NCBI GenBank assembly: GCA_963707985.1
Contig: CAVPRW010000042.1
Coordinates: 32,001 to 96,000 of the forward strand
DNA from: an uncultured Nitrospinota bacterium
GTDB lineage: Bacteria; Tectomicrobia; Entotheonellia; J063; CAVPRW01
Direction of reading: 5' to 3'
Length of the DNA stretch: 64,000 bases
The position numbers and the translations under genes were made by a program. Of the stretch, positions 20,040 to 31,734 are shown one piece after another (positions within the stretch are counted from its first letter, which is position 1; each line of letters starts with the position of its first letter). The notes beneath the pieces were generated by a model. The model did not search any database. It worked only from the letters and a program-made list of their open reading frames with translations, and was not told where the DNA came from.

Positions 20040-23000
20040 ATGGGACTGGTCCTCTGGTGCCTAACGATGGGGGGAGTGTTTCCGCCTGATACCCATGGGG
20101 GAGTGGAGGAAAAGCAACCCCTCAAGCTGCCAGAGGTGGTGATCCTTGGGCAAGATATCTCTGTCTTGAAGGAGACGAAAGAGCGGCTGGTGCCACAGGA
20201 ATTGGCCCCAACACTCAAGGAAATGCCCGCTGAGGCACGTGAGAAGATCAATCTGGCCGCCTTGGAACAAGGAAGCAAGAGCGCTCCTCAAGTCTCCAGT
20301 CCGGGATGTCTGTTCGGTAACCCGGTGACAGGCTCAATTGCGCGCGCCTTCCTCGGCGATGAAGCGCAGTATAAGGTCGGATTGTATCGATATCAAAACG
20401 GCGATTATCAAGGGGCTATCGACGCCTTCACTCGTGTGCATCAAGACTATCCGCAGAGCCCCTTCCGGGGATCGGCATACTACTGGGAGGGGGAGAGCTA
20501 TGACCGATTGGGGCAATACGACAAAGCACTAGTGGCCTATCAACAGATCATCCAGCATTTCCCCGGCGAGCGCCTGCGCGATTATGCGTTGCTTGCAGCT
20601 GCCGATGTACAGCTGCGGGTCCAGCGCCCAGCCGATGCCATTCCACTGTTGCGCGAGCTCGTGGCCACGTATCCGAGCAGTTCGACGAATGCTCAGGCAC
20701 GACGCTACCTTGCCGACTCCCTCTTCCGTGCCGGGCAGTATGGCGAAGCCGCTGACGCCTATAACCAGCTTCTCCAAACAAGTCAGGGTGATGGCGACAA
20801 ACCACATGCTGTGTTTTGGCGGGCCGAGAGTTTCTATCAGTTAGGCGCGTTCGACCGTGCTGAACAGGGCTACCGTGAGATGCTGCAGGCGTACCCTCGT
20901 CATGCACGTCAAGAAGAAGCGCTGTACGGTTTGGGCTGGGCGCAGCTGAATGGCGAAAAGTATCGCTCGGCCCTCGACACCTTCCAGCAACTGGGACGTA
21001 CTTTCCCACGCACGCGATTCCAGGAATCAGTCTCTTATGCCCGTGTCAAGAGCTATTTAGGGTTGCGTCAAATGCCAGCGGCACAGGACACCTATCGGCA
21101 GCTGGCACGAGAGTTCCCTCAGAGCAGATGGCTCGGTGCCGCCACTCTCGAATTTGCACGTACCGCATATGAGGCTGGGGATTATACGACGGCTGCGTCA
21201 CTCACGAAGCAGGTTGCCGACTCGACCAAGTCGAACTCGCTGGCGCCTGTCGCCCTTGTACTGCAGGGCGATCTGCTCTATCGCGAGGGGAAGTTTACCG
21301 AGGCGATCGAAGCGTACCGCCGAGCCGAGCGGGCCGGGCTCCCTGACAATCTTCTCGAGACCACCTTGCTGAAGCGCGCTCTCGCCTTCTACCAGCGGCG
21401 CGACTTCGCCAACGCTGCCACTGATCTGGAGCGCCTCTTGCGCCAATTCCCGTCCTCTACCAATGCTGCCGAGGCCGCCTTTTGGCTGGGAGAGGCACGT
21501 TTTTACAACCGCCAGTATCGACCGGCACTACTCGCCTATCAGCAAGTGCCGCCGGGGAGTTCGCGTTATCCCGATGCCCTGTATGGCCGGGGCTGGGTCT
21601 ACTATCAGGGGAGCGATTGGCCGAAGGCCGCGGCGGAATTCGAGCAAGTGGTGCAGCGGTTTCCCGAGGCCAGTATTCGGCCAGAAGCGCTGTTTCGTCT
21701 GGGAGAAGTCCAGTTCAACTTGAAAAACTTCGAGAAGGCGATTGCCACGTACCAGCAACTGCTGCGCGAGTATCCACAGGAGAAGTTGGTGCCCAATGCC
21801 CGCTTGCGCAGCGCTTGGGTGCGTTACAAGGCTGGCAACAACGCTCAGGCTATTCGCGAATTGTCCGACCTGGTACGCGATCAGCCGCATCAGCCCGATT
21901 GCTGCCGAAGCCCATTATTGGCTTGGCATGGCCTATCTGAGCACGAAGCAGCTCGACGACGCCCGCGCCCAGTTCGAGAAAATCCTGGCTCAGTGGCCGA
22001 CGTCGGAGGTGGGCAGCCAGGCCATTCTGCGTTTGGGTGACACCTTGTACAATCAGGGCAAATTCACGCAGGCCATCGACACTTATACACGGCTGACCGC
22101 CTCAGGGACTGCAGATGTCCACACACCTGATGCAGAATATGGTATTATCCTATCGCTCTATCAGCTCCGGCGCTTGCAAGAGTATGCGATACGGGCGAAG
22201 TCGTTTATCACACGCTATCCGACAAATCCGCTGAGTGTAACGGTCCTGTATCAGCTGGCTGAGCTGTATGAGGCGGAAAACCGCTCGCAATTGGCTCTGG
22301 AGACGCTACAGGAGGTCATCACTCGCTTTGGTCAGAGTGAACTGGTCGAGTCGGCGTATCTGCGGCGTGCTGAAATCTTCGCGCGGCAGGACAACTGGCA
22401 GGCGTCTCTAACCGAGGCCCAGCAAGCACTAGCCATTGCGAAGAGCGACGTCGTGAAGAGCGATGCCCTGTATACCGTGGCACAAGCCCAGCAAGAGCTG
22501 AAGCTCTATCCAGCCGCGGCCGAGAGTTACCGCCGCCTGATCCAGACCTACCCGAAGAGTCGCTTTGTCCCTGCCGGCCTACGGGGCCTGGCGCAGAGCC
22601 TGACGCAGGCGGGGCGTAAAGCCGAGGCCAAGCAAGTGTGGCAGGACATGCTCCAGCGCACCTCCAAGGATGCCTCGATGGCGGACGCATCCGTGGAATT
22701 GGGCTTATTGTTACAGAGCGAAGGTGAACATCGGAAGGCCATTGAGCAGTTCGGCAAGGCCCTCACCCAGGGAAATCCTGAGGTCGCCGCACACGCCCAG
22801 TATGAAATTGGCCGGACGTACACGTTACTCAAGGACTACCAGCAGGGAACGGTTGAGCTCATGAAAGTGGCCTACCTCTACCCGCAGCAACAGCGTTGGG
22901 TGCAACGCGCACTCTTTCAAGCGGCGGGGAATTATGAGCAGGAACAGAAGTGGCAAGAAGCCTTGGCCGTCTACCAGAAGATCGTCAGGGAGGTGGCACA

Positions 23001-23070
23001 GCCGGAGTCACGTGAACAGGCCACTCAGAAGATTGAACAACTCAAAAAGAAGATCGGGTCCGGGGCATAG
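20040..23070 (+). CDS. Large exported TPR protein (~1000 aa; frameshift near 21890; start uncertain)
   Basis: TPR repeats continue from ORF 19869..22040 into ORF 21742..23070. Confidence 0.88.
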
Positions 23071-23102
23071 TCGATACGAGGGGATGAGGCGGGAGAGAAC
23101 GG

Positions 23103-23705
23103 ATGCTCGAGTTTGTCGTCAAAGGCGGGCCGGTTATGGTCCCGCTGCTGCTCTGCTCGGTGATCTCGCTCAGTATCATTGTCGAGCGTTGTCTGAGTTT
23201 GCGGCGCCATCGCATTCTCAAGTATGACGTCCTCCAGCGTATCGAGGAACTCCTCCGTGAGCGCAAGATCCCAGAGGCCAGCACACTATGCAAGCGTTAT
23301 CCCTCCTCGATGACCCGGATCCTCTTAGCCGCGATCCTTAACCATGACAAGAGTCGGCAAGAGATTAAGGAGATCATCGAGGACGCGGGACGGCAGGAGG
23401 TTCCAGTGTTGGAACGCTATCTGACGATTCTGGGTACGATCGCCAGCATCTCCGTCTTGCTAGGGTTGCTGGGTACGGTGATGGGCATGATCCGGACCTT
23501 CAATTCGATTGCAGCCCTTGGATATGGGAATCCTGAGGCCCTTGCCAGCGGCATCTCAGAAGCTTTGGTCGCGACAGCCACAGGGCTGACGATCGCCATT
23601 CCGACGCTAGTCTTGTACAATATCTTCACCAGCAAGGTGGACTCTCTGGTCATCGAGATGGAAAAAAACGCGCTCCGCATGCTCAGTATCTTGAAACGGG
23701 ACTAA
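23103..23705 (+). CDS. exbB: MotA/TolQ/ExbB proton channel
   Basis: GGPVMVPL, LLGLLGTVMGMI, GISEALVATATGL.IAIP. Confidence 0.93.
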   Translation: MLEFVVKGGPVMVPLLLCSVISLSIIVERCLSLRRHRILKYDVLQRIEELLRERKIPEASTLCKRYPSSMTRILLAAILNHDKSRQEIKEIIEDAGRQEVPVLERYLTILGTIASISVLLGLLGTVMGMIRTFNSIAALGYGNPEALASGISEALVATATGLTIAIPTLVLYNIFTSKVDSLVIEMEKNALRMLSILKRD

Positions 23706-23709
23706 GCCC

Positions 23710-24165
23710 ATGCAATTTCGATCTTCCCGGCGCACCCGCGCTGGGCTTGACTTCACTCCGCTCCGGGCTGTGAGCATGAGTATCACTCCGTTGGTGGACA
23801 CCATGTTAACCCTGCTCATTTTCGTGTTGCTGTTAGGTGCTTTTGCCATTCAACCCGGTATCCGCGTGCGCCTCCCTGAGGCCGCCTCGAAGGAAGAGGA
23901 GCCTAGGCAGGACCTGGCGGTCATCCTAACCCGCGACCAGCGTCTCTACCTCAATGAAGATCCCGTGCAACTCGACGAATTAGGGGGCCGCTTGCAGGAA
24001 CGCTTACGTGATCGCCAGGACGCCGTAGTGATTATTAAGGCCGATAAAGAGGTGCTGCATGGTCGCGTAGTTGAAGTGATGGACATTGCCAAAAGTGCGG
24101 GTGCGTTGCGTTTAGCCATCGCCACGGAACCTAAGCTGTCCGATAGCCGTGGAGGAGCGCCGTGA
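23710..24165 (+). CDS. exbD: ExbD/TolR family protein
   Basis: ITPLVD..LLIF, VIIKADK..HG.VV.VMD. Confidence 0.93.
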   Translation: MQFRSSRRTRAGLDFTPLRAVSMSITPLVDTMLTLLIFVLLLGAFAIQPGIRVRLPEAASKEEEPRQDLAVILTRDQRLYLNEDPVQLDELGGRLQERLRDRQDAVVIIKADKEVLHGRVVEVMDIAKSAGALRLAIATEPKLSDSRGGAP

Positions 24166-25031
24166 TCCGCGAGCGCACCTATGCCAATCTGCTCATTGGC
24201 CTCGTCTTGTCTGTATTGATCCATGCGTACGTGGTGATGTGGGGGCCACCTTTCTCTATGCCAACCGCCACGCTACGCCCACCGCCCGCAGTGGAGGTGC
24301 AACTACGCGAATGGCCCTCGCCTGCGCCTGCCTCTCCGCCACTGGAAGCAGTAAAGATTAAGGAGCCACCGCCAGCGGTGCCAACCCCCGCGCCGTCGGC
24401 AACACCCATGCTTCCCCCAAACACGAAGGCTCTGCAGGATGCGGTGCAAATGGCTCTGACTCCTGGGCGGTCTGACCGTGTCGAGGTAGAACTCCCTGAA
24501 CGCCTACCGGCACTTCCCACCCTGGAGGCAGAGCACGACCCCATCCGGTTGGCGGAAGGGTGGCGCGATTCTTAGCAGTATGAACCATACGAACCTCGCC
24601 TGACCGACGGTGCTATGCTCCCCGAGCTTCCACCGCCTGAGCGCCAGCATGTCGAGACGAGGGTCATGCCACCGCTCCCCACGCTTACACCCCCTACACG
24701 TCGGGAATCGGTTTCAACCCGGCCGGCGACCATCACGTTGCCCTCACCCCAGCTTACTTCGCTCATTAAGGGACCCGCATCTGAGCGACAGGTGCTCTTC
24801 CAACCACCACCTCCCAGTGTGACCGTTGAAAGTGAAAGTGAAATAGAGCTGCGTTTTTGGATTTTACCGAATGGCGCCGTCGGTCGCGTGGTACCTATGA
24901 AAAAATCTGATCCGCGGCTCGAAGCTCAAGTCATCAGTTATTTGCGCCTTTGGCGGTTCACCCCACTGCCAGCCGACTCCCCCCAGGATGAACAATGGGG
25001 CATTATTCCATTCAAATTCCGCATTCGTTAA
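24162..25031 (+). CDS. tonB: TonB family energy transducer, with in-frame TAG at 24573-24575
   Basis: TM anchor with SVLIH, Pro-rich linker, TonB-C-like domain (LRFWILPNG.V..V..WRF.P); both ORF halves are in the same frame. Confidence 0.82.
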
Positions 25032-25165
25032 TCCGAATCATCGACGCTGGAATCGCGTGGATTCTTGGAGATTGAGGCTTGTCTCCAAGGCCACGCGCGA
25101 CAAAATATGGGGTGCAGACGCCCGGCCAAAGATGGTAAGGGTCTGGTGCAGAGGATGGAATACTG

Positions 25166-26125
25166 ATGTCGATTCAAGTGCTCTTGTGGATCATCTTCAA
25201 CCTTTTTGTGGTAGCGATGTTGGCGTTGGACCTAGGAGTTTTCCATCGCACAGCGCATGTGATCCACGTCAGGGAAGCCCTCGCATGGTGTGCGCTATGG
25301 GTCACGCTGGCATTGCTGTTCAATCTGGGGATTCTCTTGCGGCTTGGTTCGGAGCCGGCCCTTGAATTCCTGACCGGTTATTTGCTTGAGTATTCCCTAA
25401 GCGTCGATAACATCTTCGTAATTTTGATGATTTTCACATACTTTCGTGTCCCCTATCTGCACCAGCACAAGGTGTTGTTCTGGGGGATTCTCGGCGCTTT
25501 GATCATGCGCGCGCTGTTCATTCTCGTGGGCATTACGCTGATCCAGAAATTTCACTGGGTCATCTACATCATGGGTGGATTCTTAATCATCACCGGCATC
25601 AAAATGGCTACGCAAAAGGACGCGGACATCCACCCCGAACGCAACCCAGTGCTGAGGCTTATCCGACGCTTTGTGGGGGTGACGGAGGATTACGAGGGTG
25701 GGAGCTTCTTTGTGAGGCACAGCGGGAGACTGTTGGCCACGCCGCTGTTCATCGTCGTGTTGGTAGTTGAGACGACCGATGTGATCTTCGCGGTAGATTC
25801 CATCCCGGCCATCCTGGCGATCACGCTCGACCCTTTCATCGTCTACACCTCCAACGTCTTCGCGATTCTGGGGCTCCGGGCATTGTATTTCGCCCTGGCC
25901 GGGGTGATGCAGCTCTTCCACTATCTCCCCTATGGCCTGTCGTTCATCCTGGTGTTTGTGGGGATTAAAATGCTGCTGGTTGATATTTACAAAGTTCCGA
26001 TCAGCATCGCACTGGGGACGGTTGCTGCTGTACTGGCGATCTCGGTGATCGCTTCGATCTTGTTCCCGCCGAAGCCGGAGGCCACAGCCGCCAAACCGGA
26101 CCCGCATCCGGCCAGGGACCACTGA
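25166..26125 (+). CDS. TerC family membrane protein (Alx-like)
   Basis: GYLLEYSLSVDNIFV, ETTDVIFAVDSIPAI, SNVFAILGLRALYF. Confidence 0.93.
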   Translation: MSIQVLLWIIFNLFVVAMLALDLGVFHRTAHVIHVREALAWCALWVTLALLFNLGILLRLGSEPALEFLTGYLLEYSLSVDNIFVILMIFTYFRVPYLHQHKVLFWGILGALIMRALFILVGITLIQKFHWVIYIMGGFLIITGIKMATQKDADIHPERNPVLRLIRRFVGVTEDYEGGSFFVRHSGRLLATPLFIVVLVVETTDVIFAVDSIPAILAITLDPFIVYTSNVFAILGLRALYFALAGVMQLFHYLPYGLSFILVFVGIKMLLVDIYKVPISIALGTVAAVLAISVIASILFPPKPEATAAKPDPHPARDH

Positions 26126-26268
26126 CTCCTGCCCCTGTAACGAATGCCCGAGAGGGGCGGGGTTGACTGCGAGGCATTACCACTTTACGACGCATCGCCC
26201 CCAGTCCAGGGCAATGTTGGAATGGGGATGGAGCAAGCACAACCGGTAACGACAGAGGGGAGACCGGC

Positions 26269-27279
26269 ATGGATATCGGTGGGGTCGGTGAATTTTCGCT
26301 GATCGCCAGCATCCGCCATCGTATGGAAGGGAAATATCCCTCGGAGGTGGCACTTGGGATCGGCGACGATTGCGCCATATTGCACCCGCAGTCTGGCATG
26401 GAATGGGTGATTACCACTGATACGCAGGTAGAGGATGTGCATTTTCGCCGGGCGTGGTTGACCCCGTATCAGATCGGCTGGCGCGCCATGGCGGTCAACC
26501 TTAGTGACATTGCGGCGATGGGCGCGCAACCATTCGGTGCCCTAGCCGCACTTGCCTTGCCTGTTGCCACCGAGGCGACGTTTTTCGACCAACTCCTCGA
26601 TGGCTTGTGCGACCTCGGGTTGCATTGCCAATGTCCGCTCATCGGCGGCAACCTGGCGCGAGACCCGGCCCACCTTTCCCTCACCCTTACCGTCCTCGGC
26701 CATGTTCCCCGCGGCCAGTCGGTACTGCGAGGCGGAGCCAAGGTCGGCGATGAAATCTGGGTCAGCGGCCAATTGGGCGGTGCTGCCGCAGGGTTGCGCA
26801 CGTTTAAGTACACCATCGCCCTGTCTGACACCGACTGTACCCCGTTACGCAGGCGGTATGCACAACCACAGCCACGGGTTCGCGAGGCCATCTTTCTGCG
26901 TGCCTCCGGCTGTCTCACCAGTATGATCGATCTCAGCGACGGTCTAGCCGGGGATCTTGGCCATTTGTGCGACGAAAGCGGTGTCGGGGCGCAGATCATG
27001 GCGGCAGCACTGCCGCTGCAAGCCGGCGTGCGCGAGGTTGCTGTGGCGCAGGGGGAGGATCCACTAGAGTTGGCGCTGCGCGGGGGAGAAGATTTTGAGC
27101 TCTGCTGCACAGCTCGTCCAGGAACGCTCAACCCGTTGCTGGACGCCTTTTGGGACCAATTTGGCATCGGTCTCACTCGCATCGGCACCATGACCTCGGA
27201 GCGTGTATTGCAGCTGGTGCATGCCGATGGCTTGCAAACCTCCCTCTCCCCCCAGGCCTACGACCATTTCCACGGTTGA
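26269..27279 (+). CDS. thiL: Thiamine-monophosphate kinase
   Basis: GEFSLI, IGDDCA, NLSDIAAMG, DLSDGL, GGEDFEL. Confidence 0.96.
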   Translation: MDIGGVGEFSLIASIRHRMEGKYPSEVALGIGDDCAILHPQSGMEWVITTDTQVEDVHFRRAWLTPYQIGWRAMAVNLSDIAAMGAQPFGALAALALPVATEATFFDQLLDGLCDLGLHCQCPLIGGNLARDPAHLSLTLTVLGHVPRGQSVLRGGAKVGDEIWVSGQLGGAAAGLRTFKYTIALSDTDCTPLRRRYAQPQPRVREAIFLRASGCLTSMIDLSDGLAGDLGHLCDESGVGAQIMAAALPLQAGVREVAVAQGEDPLELALRGGEDFELCCTARPGTLNPLLDAFWDQFGIGLTRIGTMTSERVLQLVHADGLQTSLSPQAYDHFHG

Positions 27280-27446
27280 GAGACGTGGGGCCGGGAAATG
27301 GAGACATTGTCGCAAAGCCCCTTGCCAAACCTGAATCCAGAGTTTAATATGACCAGAGTTTCTTGTGAGTCGATATCGTGTTCTGTGAAGTTGACTGTCG
27401 TTCCAGCCCCGTCCCCTAAACAGCGATCCAAGAGAAGTGGCGAACT

Positions 27447-28370
27447 ATGAGTGACATGCCAATATTTGTCGACCGCTACGATGAGCGGTTTTCGCTGCCA
27501 TTCTCCTACGGCGGATTGCTCCCAGAGGAGAGTGCCTTTGCCTCAGCGCAAGTGGTGATTCTGCCCATCCCTTACGAGCAAACCACAACGTACGGTACGG
27601 GGACCAAGGAGGGACCACAAGCCCTTATCGCCGCTTCTCGGCACATGGAGTTGTATGACGAAGAACTTGATTACGAGGTCTATAAGGTCGGTCTCCACAC
27701 CTTACGAGAAATAGAGCCCATCTCCAGCGGCCCGCAGGCGATGATGGATCGGATCACCGGCGTGACCGGAGAACTACTGGACTACGGCAAGTTTGTCGTC
27801 GGGTTGGGGGGTGAGCACACGATTTCGTTCGGGATTGTACGCGCCTTTGCCGAGCGTGTTCCGGGGCTGTCAGTGCTGCAATTCGACGCCCATGCCGATC
27901 TTCGTGACGCCTATCAGGGGACACCGTACAATCATGCCAGCGTGCTACGCCGCATCTCCGAAATTGTCCCAGCCGTACAAGTGGGCATCCGCAGCCTGAG
28001 TCGTGAAGAAGCCGCCTGGGTGAAGGAGAGTGGCGCACGGTTGTTTTATGCGTCGGAAGTCGTGGGATCGCCCACCATCGCCACGACCATCAGTGCAGCC
28101 CTCACCGACCAGGTATATATTACCATCTGCCTAGATGGCCTCGATCCATCGATTATGCCTGCCGTTGGCACTCCGGAGCCTGGCGGTCTCGGTTGGTATG
28201 ATGTCCTGCGCATCGTGCGGAAAGTGGCGGAAACTCGCCACATCGTGGGCTTCGATGTCGTCGAATTGTTCCCCATCCCAGGGAATATTGCACCAGATTT
28301 CCTGGCTGCCAAGCTCGTCTACAAAGTGTTGGGCTATCGTTTCAAACTGGGGAAACCGCGTCCAGGCTAG
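27447..28370 (+). CDS. speB: Agmatinase (ureohydrolase family)
   Basis: GGEHT, FDAHADLR, DPSIMPAVGTPEPGGL. Confidence 0.88.
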   Translation: MSDMPIFVDRYDERFSLPFSYGGLLPEESAFASAQVVILPIPYEQTTTYGTGTKEGPQALIAASRHMELYDEELDYEVYKVGLHTLREIEPISSGPQAMMDRITGVTGELLDYGKFVVGLGGEHTISFGIVRAFAERVPGLSVLQFDAHADLRDAYQGTPYNHASVLRRISEIVPAVQVGIRSLSREEAAWVKESGARLFYASEVVGSPTIATTISAALTDQVYITICLDGLDPSIMPAVGTPEPGGLGWYDVLRIVRKVAETRHIVGFDVVELFPIPGNIAPDFLAAKLVYKVLGYRFKLGKPRPG

Positions 28371-28436
28371 AGACCCGCATGACCTTGCCGACGTCTCCCC
28401 CACCGTCGTCACCGTCTACTAGCACGTGAGGGGTAA

Positions 28437-29465
<1,029 letters not shown>

Positions 29466-29564
29466 TCGACCAGTCCATGATGTATAGCCACGTCGATTCA
29501 TTGATACGCAGTCGTCGACCCAGTGCCAGGGACGGCTCTGCTCGGGGTGTACAGCCGTTGAGGT

Positions 29565-30956
29565 ATGGTGGAAGTGCCACTCAGAGAACCGATGCAGAGT
29601 CAGTACAACCAACGTTTCGGGGTGGTGCTCACCGCCTTGCAGAAGATGGTCCGCCGGGGGGGCAAAAGCCATATCCGTAAGATCGTCTCGAAATTGCATC
29701 CCGCCGACGTGGCCAAGCTTCTGCGACATTTTGATCCAGAGGAGCAGTGGTTGATATTCGGCGTCATTGAGGACCCGGAATTCGCGGCCGAGATCCTCAG
29801 CGAAGCCGACGCTGATACCAGCGAACAGCTCATTCGGCGGGCCCCGCCACACTTTATTCTGCCCGCGCTGCGGAACATGTCCCCGGATGATCTCACTGAC
29901 CTGTTGGACCAGCTGCCAGTTGACCTGCGTGAGTCGATTCTCCATTCACTTAAAGAAGACCTCGACGATGTCCGCACCCTGATGCAATATGGCAAGGACA
30001 CCGCCGGCGGCATCATGACCACCGATTTTGTGGCCCTCAATGAGCTGGTCAGTGTGGAGGAGGCCATCAAAGAGGTGCGTGCCGCTGGTGATAAGGTCAT
30101 GGTGTCGTATGTTTACGTGACGGATGATAGCGGTCGCTTGCGTGGCGTCGTCTCGTTACGGCAACTGATCCTGGCCGAGCCCGCGCAACCACTGCGGGAG
30201 ATCATGACCAAGGACGTCTGGAAAGTGCACACAGAGACGGACCAGGAGGAGGTTGCCCGCCTGGTGGGACATTACAATATATTAGCCATCCCAGTCGTGG
30301 ACGAACAAAATGTCCTGGTCGGTGTGGTAACCGTGGATGACATTATCGACGTCATCCATGAGGAGGCTTCCGAGGATCTGGCATATCTATCCGGGAGCTC
30401 AAAACCACTGCACACGCTGATCGATGCCTCGCCGCTGGTCGTGTCCCGAGCCAGACTCCCCTGGTTGGGTACCGCCCTCCTGGGTGGATTGTTCACTGGA
30501 AGCATCCTCAATTTCTTCACTGGAACGCTTACGGAATTCATTGCGCTGAGCGTATTCATTCCCGTCATCATGGCTATGGGCGGCCACCACGGCATCCAAA
30601 CCTCAACGATGTTCATTCGTGCGCTAGCCACCGGGGAGATCGACAATATATTCGAACCGCTGTGGAAAGAGTTTGTGGTCGGCTGCATCATGGGAGCCGT
30701 ATGCGGGTTGGGCCTTGGTGCCGTCGCCTCGGTGTGGCTTGGGAGTTGGCTGCTGGGCGTGGTCGCGGGTTTGGCGATGTTTTTCGCACTGAATACGTCA
30801 GCTATGATGGGGGTGCTCTTGCCGACGTTCTTTCACCGTGTTGGGATCGATCCTGCGATCACGGCTGGGCCATTCATCACGGCGATTCAGGACGCAGCCG
30901 GCATCGTGATCTACCTTGGACTCGCCACGCTGCTCCTTCCCTGGGTTTCGCGGTGA
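29565..30956 (+). CDS. mgtE: Magnesium transporter MgtE
   Basis: HPADVA N-domain, CBS pair (TAGGIMT), RLPWL, IDPA..GPFITAIQD. Confidence 0.95.
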   Translation: MVEVPLREPMQSQYNQRFGVVLTALQKMVRRGGKSHIRKIVSKLHPADVAKLLRHFDPEEQWLIFGVIEDPEFAAEILSEADADTSEQLIRRAPPHFILPALRNMSPDDLTDLLDQLPVDLRESILHSLKEDLDDVRTLMQYGKDTAGGIMTTDFVALNELVSVEEAIKEVRAAGDKVMVSYVYVTDDSGRLRGVVSLRQLILAEPAQPLREIMTKDVWKVHTETDQEEVARLVGHYNILAIPVVDEQNVLVGVVTVDDIIDVIHEEASEDLAYLSGSSKPLHTLIDASPLVVSRARLPWLGTALLGGLFTGSILNFFTGTLTEFIALSVFIPVIMAMGGHHGIQTSTMFIRALATGEIDNIFEPLWKEFVVGCIMGAVCGLGLGAVASVWLGSWLLGVVAGLAMFFALNTSAMMGVLLPTFFHRVGIDPAITAGPFITAIQDAAGIVIYLGLATLLLPWVSR

Positions 30957-31081
30957 GCCATCTAGCCGACGACCAGGCTTGTTGCCTCGAGGTCTCAAAT
31001 AATATTGGTGTACCCGAGGCCTGTCTGGCATCCATTCGGCTTTGGTTGCCTTGACCGTCAGAGCAATCGTGGAGGGCAACC

Positions 31082-31561
31082 ATGTTCCGCAAAGTGTTGC
31101 TAGCCGCGGCTTTACAGAATTGGGAGATGCCAAATCCATACGCTCGTTCTGCCCGCGAGGTTGCCATCCAGTTGGCTAAGGGCTCGTCGAATCCTTTGTA
31201 TGTGCTGACGCTTTACCACTACCAGGCACCGACCATCGAAAAAAATCCCTTCATTGGGTCTCGGGTGCTGCAAGAAACTGAGCATTTGATGGAAGCCGAG
31301 GAAGATGCGGTCCGTGCAGTTGTTGACGCCAAACTGCGGAAATATGTGCAGGATATCGAGGATGCTGGCGTGGCCGTCGTGCGTCTCGTCCGCCCCGGAG
31401 ATCCGCGCGAAGAGGTCGTCCGAGTCGCCGAGGAAGTCCGCGCCGATCTCATCGTTATCGGTTCGCACAGTAAACGGCGGCTGTTCGACATCGGAAGCAC
31501 GGCACAGACGATTTGTAAGCGCTCCCCTGTCACTGTCGTATTAGCGGCTCCGGCGCAGTAA
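31082..31561 (+). CDS. Universal stress protein
   Basis: FRKVLLA, GDPREEV, ADLIVIGSH, IGSTAQ. Confidence 0.9.
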   Translation: MFRKVLLAAALQNWEMPNPYARSAREVAIQLAKGSSNPLYVLTLYHYQAPTIEKNPFIGSRVLQETEHLMEAEEDAVRAVVDAKLRKYVQDIEDAGVAVVRLVRPGDPREEVVRVAEEVRADLIVIGSHSKRRLFDIGSTAQTICKRSPVTVVLAAPAQ

Positions 31562-31734
31562 ATCGATAGGCTAAATGCTAGGCATTCAATCCCTGCCCTG
31601 ACCCTCTCGAATGGTTCGACAGCTATCTGGAGATGTGTATGGAGCTCAGGCTAAGGGGACTATATGGCACAATTGCTCCATCCGGGCAAGCATTCCGTCC
31701 ACGCGTAAGCATGGGATCTCTGAGGGGGGGTATT

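Noticed and set aside
24573..24575. Pyrrolysine or genome-wide TAG recoding
   Set aside because: TAG terminates many ordinary genes here (dapB, dapL, speB, mreB) and no pyl genes are in the window
23103..25031. Canonical Tol-Pal locus
   Set aside because: No tolB or pal; linker is Pro-rich TonB-like rather than Ala/Lys-helical TolA-like
25032..25165. yybP-ykoY riboswitch upstream of terC
   Set aside because: A hairpin exists (CGCGTGG..CTTGGAGA/TCTCCAAG..CCACGCG) but the GGGGAGUA and GAGAC core motifs are missing
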